From an uncultured bacterium (GTDB lineage: Bacteria > Chloroflexota > UBA5177 > JANWHV01): 64,000 bases of DNA. Shown one piece after another: positions 1 through 10,183 of this stretch. The stretch covers positions 1,216,001 through 1,280,000 of the forward strand of contig CAVSOU010000010.1 in the NCBI GenBank assembly GCA_963729625.1, written 5' to 3'. Below the pieces are notes generated by a model. That model made no database searches, was not told the DNA's origin, and saw only the letters and a list, made by a program, of their open reading frames with translations. How positions within the stretch are numbered: the stretch's first letter is position 1; each line of letters opens with the position of its first letter. Position numbers and translations under genes: made by a program.

Positions 1-28
1 AGGAGAAACACGCCTGGAAACAGCTCGG

Positions 29-880
29 TCACGTCCGAGCCGCCCGCTGGATCCCTGCTTCGTCGAAGGCCCGTATAAGGGTGTTGAACGTCATAGTGGC
101 AGCGGCGAGCGGATCGTATCCGGGTCTCCGCTGCACCATCATGCTCACTTCGCCGGTGATGAAGCCATCGTAGCCTGCCTGCTGCATCGCCTTGAGGTAC
201 CTGACATAATCGAATGGACCCTCGCCGGGAATCAAGAATTCGTGGTCAGGCACCCGACCGCGTTGGTCCTTGACGTGAGTATGGACCGCCAGTGGCGCCA
301 GCACGGGCACCGTCTCTTCGATCGTGAACCCCAGGACGTCAAAGTGACTGATGTCGAACTGCACCCGCAGATATGGCGAGCCGATCTCGTCGATGACCAG
401 TTTGGTTGTGTCCGGCGATTCCAGGATGGTGAAGACGTGCGGCTCAACGGCGATGATCACACCTCGCGGCGCCGCGTAGTCCAGGACCATGCGCAGCCGC
501 TCAACGAGACGCGCGTGCCGCCGCTGGAACTCTCCTGATGTGCCGCCAACGAGATTGTCGATCACAGGCATGCCTTCGGGACCCGCCAGCTCAACCGCCA
601 GGTCGATGGCTGCCCGCAGGTACGCAAAGTTGGCCGCCCACTCCTGCGGATCGTCGACAACCAGGTCCCGATGCACGGCGATCGACGGCAAGGCCAGCCG
701 GTGTTTGTCAAGAAGGCGGCGGATGCGCCGCCGCTCAGATGCGTCCAGCCGGCTGAGCTCCGTCGAAAAGCCCGGGAACACAGTCAGCTCGACGCCGTCG
801 AATCCAAGGCCGGCCACATGATCCAGCGTCACCTCAATCGGCAGCGACGGCATTCCCCACGTGGTGTACCCCAGCAACAT
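29..880 (-). CDS. Sugar phosphate isomerase/epimerase (xylose-isomerase-like TIM barrel)
   Basis: GFDGVEL, AVEPH, FDISH, HTHVKD, PGEG and GFITGE metal-binding motifs; start moved to ATG at 880 (MLLGYTTWG) to avoid overlap with the upstream gene. Confidence 0.85.
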   Translation of the reverse strand: MLLGYTTWGMPSLPIEVTLDHVAGLGFDGVELTVFPGFSTELSRLDASERRRIRRLLDKHRLALPSIAVHRDLVVDDPQEWAANFAYLRAAIDLAVELAGPEGMPVIDNLVGGTSGEFQRRHARLVERLRMVLDYAAPRGVIIAVEPHVFTILESPDTTKLVIDEIGSPYLRVQFDISHFDVLGFTIEETVPVLAPLAVHTHVKDQRGRVPDHEFLIPGEGPFDYVRYLKAMQQAGYDGFITGEVSMMVQRRPGYDPLAAATMTFNTLIRAFDEAGIQRAART

Positions 881-894
881 GGCGTCTCTCTTTT

Positions 895-1944
895 CTACTC
901 TGTGGCTGCGTCGTTGCCGGGGCTTGATTGTTCCGTGAAGTACGGCCGGACGGAGCGAGCGAAGAGCCGTACCCCTTCCATGCTCGGGAAGTCCATGAAC
1001 CACAGCATGAAATGGCTGATGCCAAGCGCACGATATGCTTCAAGCCTGGCGATGATCTCGTCCGGTGTGCCGACCAGCCACTGATCCTCGCGAACCCTCA
1101 GCCTGGAATCTCTACCGGCCCCCCCGCTATGGTCCGCGCCCGCTGCATAGTCCAGCAGGGCTGCTACTCGTTCTTGCGTCGGCGCGATCAGTATCTGCGT
1201 CTCCAGCGAGAGTTCCAGCTCGTCCATAGCCCTTCCAACCGTCGCGCATGCGGCCTCGACGCGCACCAACCGAGCCTGAAGTTCATCCACTGAGGCCGGC
1301 GCACTGTTCCAACCATCGGCAAGTTCGGCCACGGTGGCCAGCATCACGTCGTCGGGCGTCTCGCCCAGCCACAGCAGCGGGTGGGGTCGCTGCACGGGAT
1401 GCGGCAGGCAGACCGCCTCGTACGCCGCATAGTTCGTGCCCTTGAATGTAACGGGCCCGCTATCCTGCCACAATCGCAGCATAAGCTCCAGCGCCTCGCG
1501 CATGCGCGTGTTGCGTGCCCGGCTGTCCTCGTGCCAGGGAAAATCATATGCCTCGAATTCGGTGCGACGGTTGCCTGAATCGGCGAAGAACAACAGCCGA
1601 CCATTGCTGAGCACGTCCAGGGTGGCGGCCATCTTGGCCAGCAATGCCGGGTTGCGGAATCCGGTACAGAGGTGAATCGATCCCAGCTTGATCCGGCTGG
1701 TCAGCCCAGCCAGCACGCTCAACGTCGTCCAGCCCTCAAGGATCGCGCCTTCGCGGCCAAGGAATAGGTGGTCCGCGACCCAGAGCGAGTCATAGCCGAG
1801 CAGCTCGCATTCCACTGCCGCTCGCAGCGTGACCAGAGGATCCAACTGTTGGTAACTGGGGGTGCGAAACAAGTCCGGCCCCGGGTGGGCAAAGACGGGT
1901 ACGCAAAAGCCAAACTGGATCGGCCTGACCTGGCTGACGATCAC
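895..1944 (-). CDS. LLM-class flavin/F420-dependent oxidoreductase
   Basis: [41 protein letters not shown] and VGTPDEI motifs. Confidence 0.9.
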   Translation of the reverse strand: MIVSQVRPIQFGFCVPVFAHPGPDLFRTPSYQQLDPLVTLRAAVECELLGYDSLWVADHLFLGREGAILEGWTTLSVLAGLTSRIKLGSIHLCTGFRNPALLAKMAATLDVLSNGRLLFFADSGNRRTEFEAYDFPWHEDSRARNTRMREALELMLRLWQDSGPVTFKGTNYAAYEAVCLPHPVQRPHPLLWLGETPDDVMLATVAELADGWNSAPASVDELQARLVRVEAACATVGRAMDELELSLETQILIAPTQERVAALLDYAAGADHSGGAGRDSRLRVREDQWLVGTPDEIIARLEAYRALGISHFMLWFMDFPSMEGVRLFARSVRPYFTEQSSPGNDAATE

Positions 1945-3227
1945 GGGTGCCCCTCGCCAATGCCAAGCGCGGCGTCGATGTCGCGCTGATAGTCTCTCGC
2001 CGCGCCGCTCGCGACATCATCGAAGCTGACCTCTCGGCCGGCCACCGACGACTCGAAGAAACCATAAACGGCGGCGACCGCGTCCAGCCCGCCTTGACCG
2101 TCGACCTCAGGCGGCCGGCGGTCGAGAATCGCCCGCCCGAAGTCCTCGAGCTCCAGGGCCAGCAACTTGCGATCAATCGCTTCGCCCGGCAGGTCGTAGT
2201 TGGTCAGCAAGGAACTGCCGAACAGCCGGCTCGTCGGCTCATCAAGACTGAAGCCAGGTGCGAGCATGCGCACCGTGGCCACATCCAGGGTGTGGAAGCC
2301 TCCCTGAGTGGCCCCGGCGAAACGCACGGGGTGGCCGGACCGATCGCCGGGTGCGTCCAGCGCGCCGTCGCTGCCATAGAACCTGCGCATGAAATAGCCC
2401 TCGCCGTGACCCGAGAGGCTGAGGAGCCACTGTCCGATCGCGCCCCGCGTGAATGTCACCAGTCCGGCGGCTGTATCCTCCGCCGTTGCCATGACTGGCT
2501 CAGAGGATTCGGGAGCGGCGCCATAGTAGGTGGCCATCATGCCACTCATTGGCTCACTGTGTCGCACTGGCTCAAACAGAGCGATACGACCCGTGACGCG
2601 CTCGATCGGGCCGAGGAAGTACAGCCAGAGATCGGCGTAGTGCACGCCCATATCGACCACGATGCCGCCGCGATCCTTATAGTGGCGCCAGGGTGTAATT
2701 GTCACAGTGCGTCCGCCGCCCACAGACTCCTGCAGCGCCATGAACGGAGTCCCGATGGCGCCTTCCCGCAGCAGGGCCGCAACCAGCCGGTTCATGGGAT
2801 CGCGCCGATAGTTCTCGGCCGTCGCCAGCACCATGCCGGCACGCGTTGCCGCGTCGACCAGTAGCCGGCAGGCGCGGACGGTCAGGCCAAGCGGTTTCTC
2901 GCAGAGCACATGTTTGCCGGCCCGAAGAGCCGTAACGCCCAGGTTGTGATGTGCCCCGACATCGGTGACCAGGTCGACGGCATCGAGCAGCCTTCCAGTT
3001 GGGCCGGCAAGCAATGAGGCGAGCCCGGTATGGACTTCAGGCCGCCGCCCGAGAATGTCCTCCGCCACATCCGCGGCACGCAAGACGGCGTCGCGCCGTG
3101 CGTCGCAGACCGCGATCAGCTCGAATGGTGAAAGGCCGGACTTCTCGAGCTCCGCCAGACCCTGGAGGTGGCGCAGACCCATGCCGCCACAGCCAACCAG
3201 CCCGAGTGCGAGTGTCGTGTCACCCAT
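1941..3227 (-). CDS. Gfo/Idh/MocA family NAD(P)-dependent oxidoreductase
   Basis: GLVGCGGMG Rossmann motif, [17 protein letters not shown]. Confidence 0.9.
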   Translation of the reverse strand: MGDTTLALGLVGCGGMGLRHLQGLAELEKSGLSPFELIAVCDARRDAVLRAADVAEDILGRRPEVHTGLASLLAGPTGRLLDAVDLVTDVGAHHNLGVTALRAGKHVLCEKPLGLTVRACRLLVDAATRAGMVLATAENYRRDPMNRLVAALLREGAIGTPFMALQESVGGGRTVTITPWRHYKDRGGIVVDMGVHYADLWLYFLGPIERVTGRIALFEPVRHSEPMSGMMATYYGAAPESSEPVMATAEDTAAGLVTFTRGAIGQWLLSLSGHGEGYFMRRFYGSDGALDAPGDRSGHPVRFAGATQGGFHTLDVATVRMLAPGFSLDEPTSRLFGSSLLTNYDLPGEAIDRKLLALELEDFGRAILDRRPPEVDGQGGLDAVAAVYGFFESSVAGREVSFDDVASGAARDYQRDIDAALGIGEGHP

Positions 3228-4221
3228 TGGCTTGTGCCGCCCCGGCAGTGCCTGGCGTCGCGAACGCTGGGAGAACTGATTCGGCGAAGCATTCCAGCTC
3301 GTCGTCGTCGAATGGTTCCAGGGTGATCAGCATGAAGTCGTCAAACCCCATCGCGACGTAGCGCTGAATCTTCTCGATGCACTGATCGGGGCTACCGGCG
3401 ATAAAGCGCTCGGTGGCGCCGTCCGGCGGGTAGCCGCGCGCACGGATGACCCGTTCCACGCGCTTGCGGAGGATGCGCTCGTCTATTGCAACCGCAATTG
3501 GCACTTCAAGTGAGCGACGCAGCGTTGCCGGATCACGGCCGGCATCTGCGCAGAATCGGTCAAGCAACGCTTGCTTGCGGGCCAACGATTCGATGTCCAT
3601 GCTGGGTATGTTCCAGATGTCCGCGTGCTGCGCTACCAACCGCAGAGCGATTTGCTCGCCCAGGGCACCGACCAGAATAGGCAGCAGGGCTTGCACGGGC
3701 TTGATCTCACATGCCGCCTCCTCCAGTTGGAAGTACTTGCCTGAGAATGAGACCACGTCGCCCGTCCACAGCAGGCGACAAATCTGGATCGCCTCGGCCA
3801 GCATGGCCAGGCGTGTGGCCGGAGACGGCATAGGGATCCCATAGGCACGATGCTCATGCTCCGAGACGCCGGCGCCAAGCCCCAACACGAAGCGGCCTCC
3901 GCTGATCTGATCGATCGTGGCCGCGCTGACCGCAGTTATGGCTGCAGTGCGGTGCGTGACGCTGGCGACCAGTGAGCCGATTCGGATCCGCGAGGTACTT
4001 GCGGCAAGCGCCGCAAGTCCGCCCCACATTTCCAGCACCGGATGTGGCGGCCCGGAGCCACGGATGAAATGATCGGCCAACCACACACCGTCGAAGCCGA
4101 GCCTCTCGGCCTTCAGTGTCCAGCGCCGCAATTCTTCCCATGAGACTGTTTGCGGGCCCAGCTGAAGTCCAAGGGTAACTGGCCGCAAGGCCCCGGTCCC
4201 CGGTTCGGTCGCCATAGTCAT
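3220..4221 (-). CDS. LLM-class (probably F420-dependent) oxidoreductase
   Basis: GFDGVWLADH, ATIDQISGGRFVLGLGAG, HADIWN. Confidence 0.9.
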   Translation of the reverse strand: MTMATEPGTGALRPVTLGLQLGPQTVSWEELRRWTLKAERLGFDGVWLADHFIRGSGPPHPVLEMWGGLAALAASTSRIRIGSLVASVTHRTAAITAVSAATIDQISGGRFVLGLGAGVSEHEHRAYGIPMPSPATRLAMLAEAIQICRLLWTGDVVSFSGKYFQLEEAACEIKPVQALLPILVGALGEQIALRLVAQHADIWNIPSMDIESLARKQALLDRFCADAGRDPATLRRSLEVPIAVAIDERILRKRVERVIRARGYPPDGATERFIAGSPDQCIEKIQRYVAMGFDDFMLITLEPFDDDELECFAESVLPAFATPGTAGAAQANG

Positions 4222-4242
4222 CAGCCGAAGCTTCCTTCCTGG

Positions 4243-5160
4243 TTAGCCCTTGATTCCACTTAACACCACGCCCTGGATCATATAGCGCTGAGCCAGGAGG
4301 AAGACCAGCGCGATCGGCAGCACCATCGCGAATGCCACGGCCATCAAGAGTTCCTCGTGGCGCACAGCCAGGCTTCCTGAGTCGGCAGCAAACTGGTAGA
4401 CGCCGAGTGCGAGGGTGAACTTGTCCTGCGAGTTGAGATAGATTACCGGGCCGAGAAAATCCGTCCAGGAGGCCTGAAACCAGAAGATCGCTACCACCGC
4501 GATCGCCGGCTTGGAAAGCGGCAGCATTATTCGCCAGAAGATACCGAAGGTCGAGCAGCCGTCGATGCGCGCCGCGTCGTCGAGATCGCGAGGGATGGTC
4601 TGGAAGAACTGCCGCAAGAGGAAGATGTTGAAGGCACCGCCGCCAAACCACGCCGGGATGATCAGCGGCTTGAACGTGTTCAGCCAGCCGAGATCCTTGA
4701 AGATGATATAGAGCGGCAGCACCGTGACCGTGAACGGCAGCATAACTGACGCAATCACGCACATAAAGATGAAGTCGCGTCCCCAGAAGTGCAGCCGGGC
4801 GAAGCCGAAGGCGCACAACGTTGAAGTAGCCAGAACGCCCACCATCGATGTGACCGTAATGAAGAGCGTGTGATACGTGTAAAGCGTGAAGTTATAGGAT
4901 GTCCAGGCCACCTTGAAGTTCTGCCATTGCGCGACCTTTGGCAGGATGGAAGGTGGGAACGTGTAGTTTTCCTGGAGCGTCTTGAGCGCGGTCAACAACA
5001 TCCACGCGAGAGGGATCAAGAAGATGGCGGCGCCCACGTACAGGACGACATGCAGCACGGCGCGCCGAGCCAGACGCCCATACCGTCGTGACCGCGCCTG
5101 CGTTGTTGCTAGCGGGATATTGGACAGCTCAAGGTTGCCCGGCATTCCCACGCTTCCCAT
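4243..5160 (-). CDS. Carbohydrate ABC transporter permease (MalG-like)
   Basis: EAA loop DLDDAARIDGCS, hydrophobic helices, C-terminal GIKG; start set at ATG 5160 overlapping the upstream stop. Confidence 0.9.
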   Translation of the reverse strand: MGSVGMPGNLELSNIPLATTQARSRRYGRLARRAVLHVVLYVGAAIFLIPLAWMLLTALKTLQENYTFPPSILPKVAQWQNFKVAWTSYNFTLYTYHTLFITVTSMVGVLATSTLCAFGFARLHFWGRDFIFMCVIASVMLPFTVTVLPLYIIFKDLGWLNTFKPLIIPAWFGGGAFNIFLLRQFFQTIPRDLDDAARIDGCSTFGIFWRIMLPLSKPAIAVVAIFWFQASWTDFLGPVIYLNSQDKFTLALGVYQFAADSGSLAVRHEELLMAVAFAMVLPIALVFLLAQRYMIQGVVLSGIKG

Positions 5161-6101
5161 CAGCGATCTCCGTAGAAGACCCAGAATCGCTGCGTCCCGA
5201 ACAGGATGAGCGTGATTAACAGGATGATCGCGAACAGCGTCACCGACATCGCGCATGCATAGCCCATCTGCTGGTTGCCGAAAGCCACCTGATAAATGTA
5301 CACGGTGAGGAACAACGTGCTGTTCAGCGGTTCGCCCAGCCCGCCCGTGGCCGTATTCGAATTGCCCAGAATGAACGCCTGGGCGAAGTATTGCAGGGAC
5401 ACAATGAGACCAAGAATGATTTGGTAGAAGATCGTGGGCGAGATCAGCGGCAGAGTCACGTGGCGAAACTGAGCGGGAGTTGAGGCCCCGTCGATCTTCG
5501 CTGCCTCATAGTATTCCTCGGGGACACCCTGCAATCCGGCCAGGAACACGATCATACCGCCGCCAACTCCCCACAAGCCCATCAGCACTAACGATGGCAG
5601 GGCGCTGCCAGGGTCGACCAACCACAAGCCGGTAGGCAGATGCAACGCCCGAAGCGCGTCGTTCAGCAGACCGACATCCGGATTGAGGATCCAGATCCAG
5701 AGTACGGCCGTTGCCACCAGCGGCACGATGGAGGGGATGTAAAAGGCTGTACGCAGGAAGCCAATGCCGCGCACCTTCTGGTTGAGCAACATGGCCATGG
5801 CCAGCCCCAAGACGATACTCGTGGGCAGGAACATCGCCGTAAAGCTCAAGGTGACCTTCACACCCTGCCAGAAGAGGGGATCGTTCCACATATGGACGTA
5901 GTTCCTGACGCCGTGCCACGTGGGCGATGACAGGAGATCATAGCGTGTGAAGCTGAAATAGAACGCGGTGGCGAAGGGTACAAGCGTCCAGCAGAGCAGC
6001 CCAAGCACCACGGGTGAGACGAACAGATAGCCTTCGAGATTGCGCTTCAAGGCGCGCCGGCCCGCTTCCGACGACGAAGTCAACGCCTGAGACACGTGCA
6101 A
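5160..6101 (-). CDS. Carbohydrate ABC transporter permease (MalF-like)
   Basis: GYLFVSP, EEYYEAAKIDGA, GYACAMS. Confidence 0.92.
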   Translation of the reverse strand: MHVSQALTSSSEAGRRALKRNLEGYLFVSPVVLGLLCWTLVPFATAFYFSFTRYDLLSSPTWHGVRNYVHMWNDPLFWQGVKVTLSFTAMFLPTSIVLGLAMAMLLNQKVRGIGFLRTAFYIPSIVPLVATAVLWIWILNPDVGLLNDALRALHLPTGLWLVDPGSALPSLVLMGLWGVGGGMIVFLAGLQGVPEEYYEAAKIDGASTPAQFRHVTLPLISPTIFYQIILGLIVSLQYFAQAFILGNSNTATGGLGEPLNSTLFLTVYIYQVAFGNQQMGYACAMSVTLFAIILLITLILFGTQRFWVFYGDR

Positions 6102-6134
6102 GATCCTCCCCCGCGTCCTTCCGCTTACCGAAGA

Positions 6135-6166
6135 CCGAGGCAGCAGAGCTTCCTCTACTGCCTCGG
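6135..6166. terminator. GC-rich hairpin between the SBP and permease genes (mRNA stabiliser or partial terminator)
   Basis: CCGAGGCAGCAGAG-CTTC-CTCTACTGCCTCGG inverted repeat. Confidence 0.55.
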
Positions 6167-6195
6167 CCCGGCGGGCGGTCTCGCCCGATCTTCTC

Positions 6196-7524
6196 CTAGT
6201 AACCCAGAGAGTCGATGCACCCGTTGATGGTCGCGTCCGCTGCCTTCGCGGAGTCGGCGACCGATGCGCCTCGATCGATCTTGCTTTCGAGATTCGTTTC
6301 CGCCGTGGCGAAGACGCCGCCGCCGTTGATCGTGCCGCAGTTTATCGCCGAGTCTACTGGCACTAGCTCGGGCGGTGTGACGCCGTACTTGATCGCTTGG
6401 AGGAAGGCATCGTTATTGAGGCCCGGCCTGCGCCAGATTGGGTTGTTGAGCATTGACTTGCGCACCGGCATGCTTGTGCCGGCCTTCGCCAGTATCGTCT
6501 GCCCTTCCACGCTGGCCACGTATTTGACCACGTCCCAAGCCACCAGCCGGTTCTTGGAGTTCTCCGAGACGGCGAAGCCCGCCGTGCCCATGCCATTGAC
6601 GTGCTTACCGTTGGGGAAGCTCGGCAGACCCTGGACATCCCAGGCAAACTTCTTGCCGATTGCCTGTCCCCATCCCCCTACGGCTCCGTGAACGCTCCAT
6701 CCCATGGCCGCCTTGCCGATCAGAAAGGGGTCGCCGGGGAGCTGCACCGTCGGAGGCACTGCTACTTTGTACTTGACGACGAGATCCTGAATCGCCTGTA
6801 GACCGGCGATTGATCCCGGCGCCGAGAAACTCGTGTGCTTGTTATCGGCCGTGAGTACCGAGCCGCCAAAGCCGTCTATCCAGGCGGTCGTCCCGGTCCA
6901 TCCTCCAACAGGATCCATACCCCACTGGACGACTTTGCCGCTGGCGTCGGTCTTGGTCAGTTTCTGGGCCGCGTCCAGGAACTGCGCATACGTCCAGGTT
7001 GACGTGGGAAACGGCACGCCTGCCGCCGTGAACATATCCTTGTTGTAGAAGACTACGATGGCGTCTGCCGAGAACGGAATCATAAAGAGCCCGCTCGAAC
7101 CCGGCAGGCGGCCCAGTGCCAGGAAGTTCTGGTATATATCGCCGAGGTTGTAGCTGGGATCGGCGTTTGCCAGCGGCTGCATGTCGAGGACGATGTGGTG
7201 CGCCGCGAAGGGAATTGTCCATCCATCCGAGGTCAAGATGATGTCGGGCAAGGTGCCGGCCGCCGCCTGAATGAACACCTTCTGCTGATATGTGGCGCCA
7301 TCAACCAGTTGCAGCTCGATGTGTACGTTCGGATGGGTCTTGGTATACCCGGCGATCATCAACTTCGCGATCGGGGGCCAGAACGTATCGTTCGTGACCT
7401 CCCACGTGAGGGTGACTGGACCGGCTGCCGCCCGAGAGACGCGCGTGGAGGGGACCAAAGCAAACACGCTGATAATGCTGGCTACCAAAGCCCAGCGAAG
7501 CCAGGACGGGAGTGTGCGTTGCAT
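6196..7524 (-). CDS. Sugar ABC transporter substrate-binding protein (family 1)
   Basis: Signal peptide ending SRAAA, AAGTLPDII, VFYNKDMF, WTYAQF; AAGGAG RBS upstream. Confidence 0.92.
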   Translation of the reverse strand: MQRTLPSWLRWALVASIISVFALVPSTRVSRAAAGPVTLTWEVTNDTFWPPIAKLMIAGYTKTHPNVHIELQLVDGATYQQKVFIQAAAGTLPDIILTSDGWTIPFAAHHIVLDMQPLANADPSYNLGDIYQNFLALGRLPGSSGLFMIPFSADAIVVFYNKDMFTAAGVPFPTSTWTYAQFLDAAQKLTKTDASGKVVQWGMDPVGGWTGTTAWIDGFGGSVLTADNKHTSFSAPGSIAGLQAIQDLVVKYKVAVPPTVQLPGDPFLIGKAAMGWSVHGAVGGWGQAIGKKFAWDVQGLPSFPNGKHVNGMGTAGFAVSENSKNRLVAWDVVKYVASVEGQTILAKAGTSMPVRKSMLNNPIWRRPGLNNDAFLQAIKYGVTPPELVPVDSAINCGTINGGGVFATAETNLESKIDRGASVADSAKAADATINGCIDSLGY

Positions 7525-7971
7525 CAAGGCATCTCCTTCGATCTAGATACTGAGAAGTCAGTGCTCCCAGCGGCGTGGTGCGGGGTTCCGGAATCACATG
7601 GTTCCGCGTGGCAGACCATCGCCGCGATCGGCTCAAGCGTCTCGTGCCACCGACCAGTTCTACAGGGCTAGGCCGCCGCTGGGGTAGCCCAGGAATCGAC
7701 CGGTAAGCACGTCATCGCAGGTGGAAGGGTGGAGCAGCCCCGATTTCGGCGCCAGGAACGTGGGTTGTGATCAGCTCCGGCCTCCTTTTCAGTGCACCGA
7801 GAATGGCCAACCGTTGAGGACCTCTCCGGTCACGCTGTACGCCGCAGTCTCCACTGCGGGATGAAAGGGGCAGCGCATCACGGTGGTGGCATGCCAGAGA
7901 CGCTCGTGCCGCGGGCCAATCACGCACCCCGAAGCCGACAGCGCTCGCAGAGGAAGTCTGCTATGAAACTC

Positions 7972-8009
7972 ACTATAATGTGCAAACTGTGTGCTGTCAA
8001 CAGTTTGCA
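7972..8009 (-). promoter_or_regulatory. Sigma70-type promoter of the ABC operon overlapped by an inverted-repeat operator
   Basis: Minus strand TTGACA (8000-7995), 17-bp spacer, TATAGT (7977-7972); IR TGCAAACTGT-N9-ACAGTTTGCA at 7981-8009. Confidence 0.7.
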
Positions 8010-8081
8010 AATTACACGTCGTGCTGCTACATTGAGATCCAGCAAGCATCCCCGACAATGAACTCCCTTGGTGAGAAGCTG

Positions 8082-8864
8082 ATGCCTGAGCACGTTGCAG
8101 AGCTACCGTGGATGGAACCTTCGTGGGGCAGCAGTGACACGTCAGGCACGGCGCCCATCGTAGCTCAGGCGCCCCAATTCCGGCCGCTGCGTAGTGACGC
8201 CTACGAAGCGCTGCGTGAAGCCATCCTGGTCGGTCGCTTGCGACCAGGCGAGCGGGTGGTCGAGGCCGAAATCGCACGTCAGATGGGGATCAGTCGCGGT
8301 CCCATTCGTGAGGCAGTGCGTCAGCTCGAACACGAGGAAATGGTCGAATACCATCCGCGCCGTGGTGTGGTTGTTGCGCGCCTGACCCGCGAGGCCGTGG
8401 CCGACACCTACGCGGTCCGAGCGGAGCTCGACGGATTCGCCACTCGCCTGGCTGTCGCTCACGTCGACGAACATCACCTGGACCACCTGCACGGCTTACT
8501 CACCAACATGCGGCTGCAGGCCGGTGACGGCGATAGTGCCGCGCTGCTCCACACCGATGTGGAGTTCCACCGCTACATCTACGCTGTGGCAGGCAACAGG
8601 GTGCTGCTGCGTGCCTGGACCAGCCTCGGGCCCCACGCATGGACGCTTTTCAGCGGAATGCGGCTGCGTGGCTATACGCTCCTTCAAATCGCTGACCGCC
8701 ATCGCCCAATTGTCGAAGCCCTGCGCACCCGAGACCCTGTCGTGGCCGAGCACACGGCCAAGGAGCATACACTGGAAATCGCCCGCAATGTGCTGGGCCA
8801 TCTTGATAATGCTGCCCTGGATCTCGCGGCCGGCGCTCTGCATCGAACGCAGGCTACCCCTTAG
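8082..8864 (+). CDS. GntR family regulator (FCD/FadR subfamily)
   Basis: wHTH LRPGERVVEAEIARQMGISRGPIREA plus FCD domain DVEFH; start could be 8058 or 8082. Confidence 0.9.
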   Translation: MPEHVAELPWMEPSWGSSDTSGTAPIVAQAPQFRPLRSDAYEALREAILVGRLRPGERVVEAEIARQMGISRGPIREAVRQLEHEEMVEYHPRRGVVVARLTREAVADTYAVRAELDGFATRLAVAHVDEHHLDHLHGLLTNMRLQAGDGDSAALLHTDVEFHRYIYAVAGNRVLLRAWTSLGPHAWTLFSGMRLRGYTLLQIADRHRPIVEALRTRDPVVAEHTAKEHTLEIARNVLGHLDNAALDLAAGALHRTQATP

Positions 8865-8954
8865 TCGAACAGGGTCAGGTCGAACGCCACCGGCGGCGCA
8901 ACCCCGTATTTTGCGCAGCGCCAAAGACAACTGGCAGGAGAACAGGATACGGCA

Positions 8955-9683
8955 ATGGGAAGACCCCAACTCATCGACCTCACCATGGAGATCTACCAGG
9001 GTATGCCGACTTACCCAAGTGTCGCCAAGCCCTTCGTCCACGAGTTGGAGAACCACGAGCAGATGGCGCGATCGACCGGAGCCTGGCAGTATGGCCTCAC
9101 TCACGCGCCCAACCACTGCGTTATCGTCAGCGGCGACCATGTCGGCACCCACGTCGACGCCTGGGGGCATGTCAAGCCCGGCGCTCCGCGCGCGGAGGGT
9201 ATCCCGCTGGAGTACTGTTACGGACCAGGTGTGGTGCTGAACCTCTCGCATGTCGCGCCAGGCGAAGCGATCAGCGTGGCCGACGTGACGGATGCGCTGG
9301 CCTCAACTGGGTACGATCTGCAGCCGCTGGATATCGTCCTGATCCGCACCGACGCCTCGCGCTATCGAACGGAGCCGCGCTACCTGACGGAGCATCCGGG
9401 CATGAGTAAGGAGGCCGTGCATTGGCTGCTGGACCGCGGGATCAAGATGATGGGCATCGACGCGATCGGTTTCGATGTTCCCGTCCCTCGGATGTTCGAG
9501 CGGCACGCCTTCTGGGAAGCACACATGGTGATGCGCGACCGCGAGTACTATCATCTCGAGAACCTGATCAACCTCGACCAGATTCCGATCTCACACGGAT
9601 TCACTGTCTCGGTGCTGCCGATACCGTACCGCGGCGCCAGCGCCGCCCCGGTGCGCGCGGTGGCGATCCTTCCCGAAACATGA
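8955..9683 (+). CDS. Cyclase family metal-dependent hydrolase (kynurenine formamidase-like)
   Basis: IDLT, HVGTHVDAWGH, ENLINL, APVRAVA; GGAG RBS. Confidence 0.9.
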   Translation: MGRPQLIDLTMEIYQGMPTYPSVAKPFVHELENHEQMARSTGAWQYGLTHAPNHCVIVSGDHVGTHVDAWGHVKPGAPRAEGIPLEYCYGPGVVLNLSHVAPGEAISVADVTDALASTGYDLQPLDIVLIRTDASRYRTEPRYLTEHPGMSKEAVHWLLDRGIKMMGIDAIGFDVPVPRMFERHAFWEAHMVMRDREYYHLENLINLDQIPISHGFTVSVLPIPYRGASAAPVRAVAILPET

Positions 9684-9772
9684 TTGCCACGCGTGGCCAT
9701 CGGGTTGTGGAGCGCGCCGATCTCGGTGTTCCTGCCGTTCTCGACCAAACATGAGAATGTGGAAGAGGGCCT

Positions 9773-10087
9773 ATGTCGAAGTACCGCTGTAGCCGAGCTC
9801 CAGGTACAACCTACCGGCTCGACGGGTATGTGGCGGGCTATCCGCAGAGTTTTCGTGACCAGTGGCCGATGATCGCGCCATCCGCAAATCCGGCCATGCT
9901 CGAGATGTTCCGCGATCGGAATCGCCTGCCTTATCGTGATCTTGTTCCCTGGGCTGGCGAGTTCGCGGGCAAGCACCTCACCTCAGCGGTCCAGCACCCT
10001 TCAGTTCAGCTAACCCGATGCGATGCGTTTGGCCGGACCTCGCGTGAGCGCTCAGCAGGGCCGGTCAATGCCAGGCAGTCATTCTGA
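9773..10087 (+). pseudogene. N-terminal remnant of a GH127-like glycoside hydrolase
   Basis: ANPAMLEMFRDR...PWAGEFAGKHLTSAV resembles the GH127 WxGEFxGK motif; similarity is lost after about 75 codons. Confidence 0.55.
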
Positions 10088-10183
10088 GGTCCCGACGCTC
10101 TTTCGCCGGCACCGGCGCCCGAGCAGCAATTTCGGTGAGATATGGGGCGACGTGACTACGTGAACGGTGAGTAGGAGGGTGCC

